From contig CABWZP010000002.1 of the NCBI GenBank assembly GCA_902509965.1, positions 23,652 to 87,651 of the forward strand: DNA of 64,000 nt, in the 5' to 3' direction. Each line of letters starts with the position of its first letter. The first letter of the stretch is position 1. Shown here in pieces: positions 18,353 through 27,936 of the stretch. Source of the DNA: an uncultured SAR86 cluster bacterium (GTDB lineage: Bacteria; Pseudomonadota; Gammaproteobacteria; Magnimaribacterales; D2472). The notes below the pieces were generated by a model. The model was not told where the DNA came from, did no database searches, and worked only from the letters and a program-made list of their open reading frames with translations. The position numbers and the translations under genes were made by a program.

Positions 18353-19105
18353 TAAATTTTCAGATATTTTTGAAAAAATATCTTTCAATTCGCCGTTTAA
18401 AACTAAATCAGCAAGATTATCTAATGGAGTTGCTTCCCTGTTAAGAATTATTAACTTTGATCCATTTTTCTTTGCTAGCTCTGGTAATTTAGCTACTGGT
18501 TGGACGCTTAATGATGTGCCTATAGCAATAAATAAATCTGATGCCTGAGTTAAGTACATTGCATCTGTATGATCTTTTTCGTTCATAGGCTGTCCAAAAG
18601 AAATTGTTGAAACCTTTACAAGTGATCCGCATTCATCACAATCTGGAATATCAATATCATTTAGGACAGAATCATGAAAAATGCTTGGATCAAATTCTTT
18701 ATAGCAATTCAAACAAGAAGCTTTGGTGGCATTGCCGTGAATTTCAATAATTTTTTTATCATCAAGACCCGCAACAGAGTGTAAGCCATCAATATTCTGA
18801 GTAATTAAATAATGCTCTAATGATGTATTAATTAGATCTCTTACAAATACATGACCACTATTAGGTTTAATTGATTTAAGTTTTTCTTTTAATTCAAAAT
18901 TTCTTTTCCAAGAAAGCTTTCTAGATTCTTCATCTTGCAGAAATTCCTTAAAAAAAATTGGTTTATTTTTGGTCCAAAAGCCATCATCACTTCTAAAATC
19001 AGGAAGACCTGACTCAGTGCTAATACCTGCTCCAGTTAAAATAACAATTTTTTTAGCTTTATTAATAAGGTTTAAAAACTCATTAATTTTATTTGTTAGT
19101 TGCAT
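18338..19105 (-). CDS. cobB: NAD-dependent protein deacylase (sirtuin, CobB-like)
   Basis: 'ILTGAGISTESGLPDFRS', 'TQNIDGLH', 'HGN', Zn ribbon 'CLNC...CDEC'. The ATG at 19105 is preferred over the tracked TTG at 19120. Confidence 0.85.
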   Translation of the reverse strand: MQLTNKINEFLNLINKAKKIVILTGAGISTESGLPDFRSDDGFWTKNKPIFFKEFLQDEESRKLSWKRNFELKEKLKSIKPNSGHVFVRDLINTSLEHYLITQNIDGLHSVAGLDDKKIIEIHGNATKASCLNCYKEFDPSIFHDSVLNDIDIPDCDECGSLVKVSTISFGQPMNEKDHTDAMYLTQASDLFIAIGTSLSVQPVAKLPELAKKNGSKLIILNREATPLDNLADLVLNGELKDIFSKISENLSIVH

Positions 19106-19146
19106 ATATTTATTTTCCAATCTATCAAGGAGTATAATGCCTCATT

Positions 19147-20019
19147 ATGTTTGAAAATATAGGAATTGTAGTTAAAAAAAATCAGGAAGATGGAGATGTT
19201 TTATTTCTCGATTCACTATTGCCTATTCTTTCAAAATATACTGATAAGATTTTTATCGAAGACGATGCTGAAGTTACTAATAGTCTTATAACAAAGCTTA
19301 AATCAGACGACTTTGTAACAAGAATTGATTTATTAATAGTATTTGGTGGAGATGGAACACTACTTGGTTCATCAAGAAAATTCTTAGAATATGAAACACC
19401 CATACTTGGCATCAATCTTGGTGCAGTTGGCTTCTTGACAGATGTAAATATAGATAATTTTGAATCTATTATTCAAGATATATTGCATGGCAATTATGAG
19501 ATTGAAGAAAGATCTCTAGTTTCAGCAAATTTTCTAGATAAAACATTATTTGGACTTAATGAAATAGTTATTCATTCAGGATCATACGCACAGTTGATGC
19601 GGTATCAGCTTAATGTTGATGGCAAGCCTGTTTATGAACAAAGATCAGATGGTCTTATCATTGCAACCCCAACTGGTTCAACCGCTTATGCTTTATCAGC
19701 TGGCGGTCCTATTATTCATCCAAGCTTAGATGTTTGGAGCATAATACCTATGATGCCCCAAAGCCTTTCTTCAAGACCTTTTATCATTTCCTCTGATCAA
19801 AAAATTGAAATTAAATTACTAAGCGGCCCACTTAATGAAGCTAAAATTTGTGCAGATGGCCAAGATGATATTTCGGCAGAATATCAAACAGTGGTAAATA
19901 TTCAAAAAATGCACAAAACATTAAAGTTAGTTCATCCAAAAAATAATGATTTTTTTGAAGCATGTAGAGAAAAACTTGGCTGGAGTTTAGACATCACAAA
20001 AAATAATTCAATTTCTTGA
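19147..20019 (+). CDS. nadK: NAD kinase
   Basis: 290 aa. 'VFGGDGTLL', 'GINLGAVGFLT', 'SDGLIIATPTGSTAYALSAGGPI' align with E. coli NadK. Confidence 0.93.
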   Translation: MFENIGIVVKKNQEDGDVLFLDSLLPILSKYTDKIFIEDDAEVTNSLITKLKSDDFVTRIDLLIVFGGDGTLLGSSRKFLEYETPILGINLGAVGFLTDVNIDNFESIIQDILHGNYEIEERSLVSANFLDKTLFGLNEIVIHSGSYAQLMRYQLNVDGKPVYEQRSDGLIIATPTGSTAYALSAGGPIIHPSLDVWSIIPMMPQSLSSRPFIISSDQKIEIKLLSGPLNEAKICADGQDDISAEYQTVVNIQKMHKTLKLVHPKNNDFFEACREKLGWSLDITKNNSIS

Positions 20020-20636
20020 ATATTAAAAATTTTCATATTCCTATAATTATTATTGCTACAGTGCTAACTGTAGTTTCAAATTTTGGAAGCAATTTTGAGA
20101 TTATTAGATATTTATCTTTTTTAGATTTTCAAAGATCAGGATCCTATTTAGAGTTTCTTTCTTTCAATCAAACATACATAGTTCAAAATGATTGGTGGAG
20201 ACTTTTAACTCCAATCTTTATTCACTTTTCATTTAGCCACTTAGCTTTTAATGCATTGTGGATATATATATTGGGATCAAAAATTGAAATACTGGATGGC
20301 AGGATACTTTTTCTTTGTTTAACTATCTTTACAGGAATTATAAGTAACTATATTGAATATCTATGGAGTGGAGTCTCTTTATTTGGAGGCTTATCAGGTG
20401 TTGTATATGGTCTTTTGGGTTATTGTTTTTTAATAGAATTAGATTCAAAAAAAGAACGCTATGATCTTCCTCCAGCATTATATATATTTATGATTGTTTG
20501 GTTATTATTCGGCTTTCTAGGAGTATTAGAAATTTTTGGCTTTGGATCAATTGCGAACTATGCCCATCTTGGGGGGCTTATATCTGGGTTAATCTTTGGT
20601 ATGCTTGTTAAAAATGTAGGAAAAACAGTAATTTAA
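20016..20636 (+). CDS. rhomboid family intramembrane serine protease
   Basis: 206 aa, six hydrophobic segments. 'WRLLTPIFIHFSFSHL', catalytic 'GGLSGVVYGL' and 'HLGGLISG'. Confidence 0.8.
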   Translation: MNIKNFHIPIIIIATVLTVVSNFGSNFEIIRYLSFLDFQRSGSYLEFLSFNQTYIVQNDWWRLLTPIFIHFSFSHLAFNALWIYILGSKIEILDGRILFLCLTIFTGIISNYIEYLWSGVSLFGGLSGVVYGLLGYCFLIELDSKKERYDLPPALYIFMIVWLLFGFLGVLEIFGFGSIANYAHLGGLISGLIFGMLVKNVGKTVI

Positions 20637-21514
20637 TGAAACCTGTCACTAAAGCCATTCTTCCAGTAGCCGGACTTGGGACTAGATTTTTACCAGCAAC
20701 AAAAGCTATCCCGAAAGAAATGCTGCCAATTATTGATAAACCCTTGCTGCAATATGCTGTTGAAGAGGCTTTAGAAATAGGTATTAAAGAGATTATATTT
20801 ATTACTAGCCATGCAAAAAAAGCAATTAAAAGACACTTTCTTCAGAATACAGATCTTGAAGATTCACTTGTTAAAAATGGTAAAGAAGATTTTATTGAGT
20901 CAATTAATCCTAAGAGATTTAAAGACATAAAATTTACATTTGTTGATCAGGATGAACAAAAAGGACTCGGTCATGCAATATCTCTTGCAGAACCTTTTCT
21001 TGATAAGGATGATGAGGCTGTAGCTATACTTCTTCCAGATGATCTGTTTATAGCCAACGGTAAGAGCTGCCTTCAGACCCTATACGATCTTTACAAAGAG
21101 ACATCAAACTCAGTAATAGCAATTAATGAAGTGGCAGAAAATAAGTTATCAAATTATGGCGTCATTGACGCCTCAAAAATTTCACGATCAACGTTTCAAA
21201 TACATGGGATTATAGAAAAACCAAAATTAAAAGATGCACCATCTAACATGGCTGTATGCGGAAGATATATTTTGTCTCGATCTATATTCAAGTCATTAAA
21301 TAATATTGAGCCTGGTGCAGGTGGAGAGCTTCAACTTACTGATGCAATTAAAGATCTATTAGTTTCTGAAAAAGTTATTGCCTCATCTTATAAGGGTCAA
21401 AAATTTGATTGTGGAAGTAAGCAAGGCTTTGTTGAGGCAACTATTTTTCTAGCTCTTGCCAATAAGGATATTAATAAGGATATTCTCAAATCAATACAAG
21501 AATTAATAAATTGA
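20636..21514 (+). CDS. galU: UTP--glucose-1-phosphate uridylyltransferase
   Basis: 292 aa. 'KAILPVAGLGTRFLPATKAIPKEMLPI', 'GLGHAI'. Confidence 0.93.
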   Translation: MKPVTKAILPVAGLGTRFLPATKAIPKEMLPIIDKPLLQYAVEEALEIGIKEIIFITSHAKKAIKRHFLQNTDLEDSLVKNGKEDFIESINPKRFKDIKFTFVDQDEQKGLGHAISLAEPFLDKDDEAVAILLPDDLFIANGKSCLQTLYDLYKETSNSVIAINEVAENKLSNYGVIDASKISRSTFQIHGIIEKPKLKDAPSNMAVCGRYILSRSIFKSLNNIEPGAGGELQLTDAIKDLLVSEKVIASSYKGQKFDCGSKQGFVEATIFLALANKDINKDILKSIQELIN

Positions 21515-22500
21515 AATTTTTATTTATAATTTTAAGACTATTATCACCTGAAGTAGCTCACTCAATCTCTCTGAACTCTTTAAAGTTAATTCATAGATTA
21601 GGTCTAATTCGAATTATTGCAAGCAAGAACCTCGGCTCCCCAGATCAATATAGACTTGATGATCTCGTTTTTAAAAACAGACTAGGTATAGCTGCAGGCT
21701 TAGATAAAAATGGAGATTTTATAGACTCATTAGGAGCATTAGGATTTGGTTTTATTGAGGTTGGAACTATTACACCTTTAGCACAAGTAGGAAATCCAAA
21801 GCCAAGAATATTTAGAGTCTTTAAAGAAAATGCCATTATTAATCGCCTGGGTTTTAATAATAAAGGCATAGATTATTTAGTTAATAAATTAAAAACTAGA
21901 AACTATAAAGGAGTTGTTGGCGTTAATATCGGAGCTAACAAAGAATCAAAAGGTAACAAAAGAATCGCTGACTATGTTAAATGTTTTAACAAGGTCTATG
22001 AATTTTCTGATTACATTACTATTAATATTTCATCTCCTAATACTCCAGATTTAAGAGATTTACATAATAAAGAAAATATTTCTGAATTATTAAGATCAAT
22101 AGACAATCAAAAGAAGTTATTTAATGAGGATAAACCAGTATTTCTTAAGATATCTCCTGACGAATCATCTGAGACGTTAAAAACAATAATTGATGCTGTT
22201 CAAGAATTTAGTATTTCAGGATTAATTGTATCTAATACAACAATTGATAAATCTCTTCTTAAAGATACTTCATTTATTAATGAATCCGGAGGTCTATCTG
22301 GAGAACCTATTTTTCATAAATCTACTCAATTAATACATTCAATAAAAAAAATTGATCCAAGCATACCTATTATTGGTGTTGGAGGTGTAATTGATAAGAA
22401 TGGCTTTATAAAAAAACTAGATGCGGGTGCTGATCTTGTTCAGATATATACTGGCTTTATTTTAAGAGGCCCAAATATTATTTCAGAATTATTAGATTAA
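21511..22500 (+). CDS. pyrD: dihydroorotate dehydrogenase (quinone), class 2
   Basis: 329 aa. 'GIAAGLDKNG', 'GFIEVGTITP', 'NISSPNTPDLR', 'GGLSG', 'GVGGV'. Confidence 0.92.
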   Translation: MKFLFIILRLLSPEVAHSISLNSLKLIHRLGLIRIIASKNLGSPDQYRLDDLVFKNRLGIAAGLDKNGDFIDSLGALGFGFIEVGTITPLAQVGNPKPRIFRVFKENAIINRLGFNNKGIDYLVNKLKTRNYKGVVGVNIGANKESKGNKRIADYVKCFNKVYEFSDYITINISSPNTPDLRDLHNKENISELLRSIDNQKKLFNEDKPVFLKISPDESSETLKTIIDAVQEFSISGLIVSNTTIDKSLLKDTSFINESGGLSGEPIFHKSTQLIHSIKKIDPSIPIIGVGGVIDKNGFIKKLDAGADLVQIYTGFILRGPNIISELLD

Positions 22501-22525
22501 TAGCAACCAACAAAATGGAGTATTA

Positions 22526-22960
22526 ATGGAATACATCGTAATTATCCTCGTTATAGTATTCTTTATTGGCTCTGTTAGCTTTTCAATTCCGTCAAAACGT
22601 AGCAAGCAAATTGCGCAACTCAGATTAGATGCAATTAAACTTGGATTTAAGATTTCTTCCTTAGCATATTCTAATATTTCATTTAAAAGTGATGACAAGA
22701 GCTTGGCAAGTTATCAAATAAAAAACTTATCAAATATAAAAGAAGCTCATTTTATTAAAGACAAAAACGAATTTATTTTGTATTCTCCTTCCAAGCTTAA
22801 ATATTCCAATGAATATGAATCCTTATTATTGACTATAAGGTCTCTTCCAGAATCTATTATAGAAATAATATTTTCTGAAGCATTAATAGTATTTCTTTGG
22901 AATGAAAATTTAGGCATAGATGAATTAAAAAGAATTGATAGTGATTTAAAAAAATTATAA
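22526..22960 (+). CDS. hypothetical membrane-anchored protein
   Basis: 144 aa. GGAG RBS 7 nt upstream. A single N-terminal TM segment (YIVIILVIVFFIGSVSF) followed by a basic stretch. I do not recognise a family. Confidence 0.5.
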   Translation: MEYIVIILVIVFFIGSVSFSIPSKRSKQIAQLRLDAIKLGFKISSLAYSNISFKSDDKSLASYQIKNLSNIKEAHFIKDKNEFILYSPSKLKYSNEYESLLLTIRSLPESIIEIIFSEALIVFLWNENLGIDELKRIDSDLKKL

Positions 22961-23021
22961 ATATCTCTTGCCAAAATAAGCATACAGATGTTATTTATAA
23001 AAAAAGGAATTTATTTTTATT

Positions 23022-25649
23022 ATGGCTAAATCTCTCGTAATTGTTGAATCACCTGCAAAAGCTAAAACAATATCTAAGTATTTAGGATCAGAATATATAG
23101 TTAAATCTAGTGTAGGACACATTCGAGATTTACCTAAAGGAAAATCAAAGACGCCTGCAAAGAGAAACGTTTTACCAAAGGATATCTCAGCTGAAGAAAA
23201 AGAGATTCTTAAAAAAATTAACAAAAGAAAAGCTGATGTTAAGCGCTGGGGTATAGATCCTGAGGATGGATGGAAAGGTATTTACGAGATAATACCGGGT
23301 AAAGAGAAGGTTGTTAAAGAACTGCGAGCCGCTGCAAAAACTGTCGATCATATTTATCTTGCAACTGATCTTGATAGAGAGGGTGAAGCTATTGCATGGC
23401 ATTTAAAAGAAGCTTTGGGTCCGAAGAAATATGAATTTTCAAGAGTTCGTTTTAACCAAATTACAAAAACTTCCATTCTTGAATCTTTTGCTGATCCAAA
23501 AGAGATTGATCAAGATCTTGTTGATGCTCAACAAGCTAGAAGATTTTTAGATAGAGTAGTTGGATTTGAGTTATCTCCACTATTGTGGGAAAAGATTGCA
23601 AGAAATCTTTCTGCAGGCAGAGTGCAATCTGTTGCCTTAAGACTTCTTGTTGAAAGAGAGCATTTAATTCAAGCTTTTGTTCCTGAAGAGTTTTGGGAAG
23701 TAAGTATGTTAGCCGCAAATTCTACAAATCAAGATATTAAATTTTCTTTAAATAGAAAAAAATCAGATCCTCTTTTAAAACATGATGAAGCGAAACGTAT
23801 TGAGGGTATTGTTAGGTCTTCAGACCTTCTTATTCATGATGTATCAAAAAAACCTGTAAAAGTTAAACCTAAGGCACCTTTTATAACATCAACATTACAA
23901 CAAGCTGCAAGTACTAGGCTAAGCTTTAATGTTAAAAGAACAATGAGAGTTGCACAAAAATTATATGAAGCAGGGCTCATTACCTATATGCGTACTGACG
24001 CCCCAAGTTTAAGCAAAGATTCAATTCTAGATGCTAGAAATTATATTGGTGAAAAGTTGGGTGAGAAATATCTTACAAACGCACCTAGAATATATTCCAG
24101 TACAGAAAATGCACAGGAAGCTCATGAAGCTATTCGTCCAACTAATGCATTTATGACAGGCAATCAACTATTGAATCACAGTGAAGAGGAAACTAGACTT
24201 TATGAGCTTATATGGCAGCAATTTATAGCCTCGCAAATGCCAGATGCCGAATATCTTTCAACATCTGTAAAAATTAATTTGGAGGAATATATTTTTTCTG
24301 CAAGAGGAAGAGAAATTGTTTTTGATGGCTATACTAAAATTTCAGGAACCGCATCCAAAGATCCTGATGAGGCAATTTTACCTCCATTAGCTGAAGGAGA
24401 TAATTTAACTCTTGAACAATTAAATTTAGATCAAAAATATACCAAACCTCCTGCAAGATTTTCGGAGGCAGCACTTGTTAAAGAGCTTGAAAAAAAGGGG
24501 ATTGGTAGACCTTCAACATATGCTTCTATAATTTCTACAATTCAAGATCGTGGCTATGTAGACGTTGAAAACCGAAGATTTTTTGTAAAGAAAATTGGTT
24601 TAATTGTTGCTGATAGATTGTTGGAAAGCTTTAGCGATATTATGGACTACGGCTTCACTGCTAATTTTGAAGATCAATTAGATAAAGTAGCAGAGGGCGA
24701 ATTGGAATGGAAGTCTGTATTGGATAGTTTTTACTCAGCATTTAAAAAAGATTTAACTCTTGCTTTTACAGACGAGGGTATGAGAAAAAATACACCTACA
24801 CAAACTGATATTACTTGTTCATTATGTTCATCAAATACAATGGTTATTAGGAATTCTGGAACAGGAGTTTTCTTAGGGTGTAACGGTTATAACAATGAAG
24901 GTGAGGATAAATGTAAAGGAACATTAAATCTTATATCCGGAGATGAAGCGATAAGTCTTGACGATCAAGACGAAGCATCAAATCTCATGAAAAGAGAGCG
25001 TTGCCATTTATGTGGAACCAGCATGGATAACTTTCTTATGGATGAAACACGCAAATTGCATGTCTGTGGAAATAATCCAGATTGTTCAGGTTATAAAATC
25101 GAAGAAGGTGCATTCAAACTCAAAGGCTATGATGGGCCATTGCTGGAATGTCATAAATGCGGTGCTGAAATGCAACTCAATACAGGCAAATTTGGAAAAT
25201 ACTTCCTATGTTTAAATGATAACTGTAAAACGACAAGAAATTTACAGAGAAATGGAGAGCCAAAGCCGATTGTAATGGAGCCTATTTTATCTGAATTAGC
25301 ATGTGAAAAATTTGAAGATCATTATTTGCTTAGAGATAGCATGAAAGGTCTTTTTTTAGCAGCAAGCAAGTATCCAAAGAATAGAGAGACAAGAGCTCCA
25401 AAATTAGAAGAATTTATATCTATAGTCACTGAAGACACCTTAATGGAAGCATGCAGATATTTAAAAGATCCTAAAAAACACTTCTATCTTTTAAGCGGGC
25501 CTCTTGTAGATAAAGATAAGAACCCATATGTGATTAGATATAACAAAGCTGAAGATACTCACTACTTAGCATCAGAGAAAGATGGAAAGAAAACTAAATG
25601 GACCGCTATTTTTGATAATAATGAATGGAGAGAGCAATTAAAGAAATAG
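23022..25649 (+). CDS. topA: DNA topoisomerase I
   Basis: 875 aa. Toprim 'LVIVESPAKAKTISKYLG', 'LATDLDREGEAIAWH', active-site region 'GLITYMRTD', C-terminal Cys4 zinc ribbons. Confidence 0.97.
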   Translation: MAKSLVIVESPAKAKTISKYLGSEYIVKSSVGHIRDLPKGKSKTPAKRNVLPKDISAEEKEILKKINKRKADVKRWGIDPEDGWKGIYEIIPGKEKVVKELRAAAKTVDHIYLATDLDREGEAIAWHLKEALGPKKYEFSRVRFNQITKTSILESFADPKEIDQDLVDAQQARRFLDRVVGFELSPLLWEKIARNLSAGRVQSVALRLLVEREHLIQAFVPEEFWEVSMLAANSTNQDIKFSLNRKKSDPLLKHDEAKRIEGIVRSSDLLIHDVSKKPVKVKPKAPFITSTLQQAASTRLSFNVKRTMRVAQKLYEAGLITYMRTDAPSLSKDSILDARNYIGEKLGEKYLTNAPRIYSSTENAQEAHEAIRPTNAFMTGNQLLNHSEEETRLYELIWQQFIASQMPDAEYLSTSVKINLEEYIFSARGREIVFDGYTKISGTASKDPDEAILPPLAEGDNLTLEQLNLDQKYTKPPARFSEAALVKELEKKGIGRPSTYASIISTIQDRGYVDVENRRFFVKKIGLIVADRLLESFSDIMDYGFTANFEDQLDKVAEGELEWKSVLDSFYSAFKKDLTLAFTDEGMRKNTPTQTDITCSLCSSNTMVIRNSGTGVFLGCNGYNNEGEDKCKGTLNLISGDEAISLDDQDEASNLMKRERCHLCGTSMDNFLMDETRKLHVCGNNPDCSGYKIEEGAFKLKGYDGPLLECHKCGAEMQLNTGKFGKYFLCLNDNCKTTRNLQRNGEPKPIVMEPILSELACEKFEDHYLLRDSMKGLFLAASKYPKNRETRAPKLEEFISIVTEDTLMEACRYLKDPKKHFYLLSGPLVDKDKNPYVIRYNKAEDTHYLASEKDGKKTKWTAIFDNNEWREQLKK

Positions 25650-26071
25650 CTTCCTCAAGTGAACTTGCTAACCTATATCAAGACATAGCTAAAAATTTAT
25701 TAGAACAAACTAATCTTAATAATCAAAATTATCTTTTTTTAATCTCGCTTGAAAAAAGTCTAAGTTACTTTGCAGATGAAGTCTTTGAAAAAGTTCAATC
25801 AGGTGATCATGAAGCCATCACTAATTTTTCATGTAAAGTAAAATGGAAAAGCCTTGCAAATAACCCTGCAATTCAAAATATCATTATTCCAGAAATAACT
25901 CATGGAGGAGTTATAGACTGCATACATTCTTATCAAATGTTGCTTATTGCTCCAAAAAGGGATGATTTAATTTCATCTGATAGCTCAATTGACTTGAAAA
26001 AATTAAATGAGTTATTAGATAGATCTTATAGATGGATAAGCTTACTTCGCAAAAACTTAGATGAATGTTAA
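25625..26071 (+). CDS. hypothetical protein (topA-downstream, helical)
   Basis: 148 aa. Start overlaps the topA 3' end by 25 nt. No recognisable motif. From memory, Pseudomonas has unannotated ORFs at the same position between topA and lexA. Confidence 0.5.
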   Translation: MERAIKEIASSSELANLYQDIAKNLLEQTNLNNQNYLFLISLEKSLSYFADEVFEKVQSGDHEAITNFSCKVKWKSLANNPAIQNIIIPEITHGGVIDCIHSYQMLLIAPKRDDLISSDSSIDLKKLNELLDRSYRWISLLRKNLDEC

Positions 26072-26093
26072 GCTATCTAAATCAGGAGAATAA

Positions 26094-26351
26094 ATGTCAA
26101 ATTACTTAGAACTTGCTCAACTACCAGATGGAACTATCGTCCTTAGGCGATCAGATGATCATGAAAACCCAATAGTAAAAATAGAGTTTTCGGGTGAATC
26201 AAAAGATTTTCTTCAGGGGCAAGAATTAAATGTTGCTAAAGAAATGATTAGGGCTGGTATTGAGAGTGTTAGTGGTAATGTTACAGATTTTGATGAGTTT
26301 TTAGAATCACAGAAAGGCAACCTTGTTAAGAAACCAGTAATTCTTCACTAA
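26094..26351 (+). CDS. hypothetical small acidic protein
   Basis: 85 aa. AGGAG RBS ('atcaggagaataaATG'). Its stop overlaps the lexA stop (CTAA). I do not recognise a family. Confidence 0.5.
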   Translation: MSNYLELAQLPDGTIVLRRSDDHENPIVKIEFSGESKDFLQGQELNVAKEMIRAGIESVSGNVTDFDEFLESQKGNLVKKPVILH

Positions 26352-26959
26352 TTTTCTCGAATAAGACCTACGCTTTTTCCCTCTATATGAATTTCAGTTT
26401 CTCTTAGATCAATTTCAATATTTTTAAAATCTTCATTTGCTGGTATTAGGTGAACAACTTCTGGTGACTTTCTTTCAAAATATTTAACGGTTACTTCATC
26501 TTCTATTCTTGCAACTACAATATCTCCATTTCTTATATCTTGAGTTTTTTTCACTGCAATAAGATCATCCTCCATGATCCCAGCATCTTTCATGCTAAGT
26601 CCTCTAACTCTTAAGAAATAATCAAAACCACTTCCAAAAAAAGTTGGAGGGCAATTAACCGTCTTTTCAATATTTTCAGAAGCAAGAGTTGGAGATCCTG
26701 CAGCAACTAAACCAATAATTGGAAACCCATCTTCTTCAATCTCAACTGGATTTACCAAAGAAATACCCCTCGAAGTACCGCTTTCAATATTAATAAAACC
26801 TTTTTTTTCTAATGCTCTCAAATGAGTTTCAGCTGAATTAGGGGATTTAAATCCTAATTCTTTGCAAATATTAGCCCTAGTTGGAGGAAATCCTGTCTTA
26901 TTAATGTATTCTTGAATACAATCAAGTACTTTATTTTGTTGGATTGTTATTTCTTTCAT
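26348..26959 (-). CDS. lexA: LexA repressor
   Basis: 203 aa. Winged-HTH N-domain. Ala-Gly cleavage site 'GLVAAGSP', catalytic 'GLSMKDAG' Ser and 'VTVKYF' Lys. SOS box 15 nt upstream. Confidence 0.96.
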   Translation of the reverse strand: MKEITIQQNKVLDCIQEYINKTGFPPTRANICKELGFKSPNSAETHLRALEKKGFINIESGTSRGISLVNPVEIEEDGFPIIGLVAAGSPTLASENIEKTVNCPPTFFGSGFDYFLRVRGLSMKDAGIMEDDLIAVKKTQDIRNGDIVVARIEDEVTVKYFERKSPEVVHLIPANEDFKNIEIDLRETEIHIEGKSVGLIREN

Positions 26960-26974
26960 AATATTATTAAATTA

Positions 26975-26994
26975 TACTGAATATATATACAGTA
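26975..26994. promoter_or_regulatory. LexA (SOS) box TACTGAATATATATACAGTA
   Basis: CTG-N10-CAG with TA-rich core, one deviation from the gammaproteobacterial TACTG(TA)5CAGTA consensus. It sits in the 72-bp divergent region between lexA (start 26959) and the 5'-nucleotidase gene (start 27032). Confidence 0.9.
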
Positions 26995-27031
26995 TATTAC
27001 GTTAATCATTCATATAGCAAGAATTATTTAA

Positions 27032-27934
27032 ATGGAAAATTCAAAGTTAATTATTGGCATATCCTCAAGAGCATTGTTTAATCTTGATGATAGTCATGAG
27101 ATTTATCTTAAAGATGGCCTTGAAGCATACCAAAAATATCAAATTGATAACGAAGATAAAACACTTGAGCCTGGTGAGGCTTTCCCACTTGTAAAGAAAA
27201 TATTAAATATTAATTCACATTATCCAGATGGAGATCGAATAGAAGTTATTCTTCTTTCACGAAATACTTCTGATACAGGTCTTAGGATTAGAAATTCAAT
27301 TGAAGCTCATGATCTCAATATAAGTAGAGCGGCTTTTTGCGGGGGTGAGAGCCCACATAAATATGTAAAAGATTTTGGTGTCCATCTTTTTTTATCAAGC
27401 AGCTTAGAAGATGTAAAGCTTGCTATAGAAAGCCAAGTTGCCGCAGCAACAATTATCTCCAAAGCAAGTTCTCCTAAAACAAAAAATAATGATGGCTTGT
27501 TAAGAATTGCTTTTGACGGTGATGCAGTCATTTTTTCTGACGAATCTGAGCAAATTTATCATGACAAGGGTCTTGAAGCCTTTATTGATAATGAAAAAAA
27601 GGCCACTAGCATCTTAAAAGCTGGACCCTTTAAAAATTTCATTGTTGAATTAAATAAAATTCAAAGCGAATTTAAAATCAATGAATGCCCCATTAGGACT
27701 GCTCTAGTTACTGCAAGGTCAGCACCCTCTGACAAAAGAGTTATAAAAACTTTAAGAGAATGGGGAGTAAGAATAGATGAATCATTATTCTTGGGTGGAA
27801 TGTCAAAACAAGAATTTTTAAAGTCATTTCAAGCAGATATTTTTTTTGATGATCAAGAAATCAACGTTAAAGAGGCTTCGAATGCTACAGCTTCTGGTCA
27901 TGTGCCATATGGTGTTAAAAACAATAAAGGATAG
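27032..27934 (+). CDS. 5'-nucleotidase, cytosolic 5'-nucleotidase IA (NT5C1A)-like family
   Basis: 300 aa. 'IGISSRALFNLDD', 'LRIAFDGDAVIFSDESEQIY', 'CPIRTALVTARSAPS', 'DIFFDDQ', 'HVPYGV' align block by block with my recollection of human NT5C1A. Confidence 0.85.
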   Translation: MENSKLIIGISSRALFNLDDSHEIYLKDGLEAYQKYQIDNEDKTLEPGEAFPLVKKILNINSHYPDGDRIEVILLSRNTSDTGLRIRNSIEAHDLNISRAAFCGGESPHKYVKDFGVHLFLSSSLEDVKLAIESQVAAATIISKASSPKTKNNDGLLRIAFDGDAVIFSDESEQIYHDKGLEAFIDNEKKATSILKAGPFKNFIVELNKIQSEFKINECPIRTALVTARSAPSDKRVIKTLREWGVRIDESLFLGGMSKQEFLKSFQADIFFDDQEINVKEASNATASGHVPYGVKNNKG

Positions 27935-27936
27935 AC

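Noticed and set aside
18338-19120. The SIR2-domain protein as a possible anti-phage effector (Thoeris/DSR/pAgo-associated type).
   Set aside because: It is a short (~255 aa) classical sirtuin with GAGIS, QNIDGLH, catalytic His and Zn-ribbon motifs and no extra effector or sensor domain. It is flanked by housekeeping genes (ADH, nadK). This fits CobB-type protein deacylase rather than a defence module.
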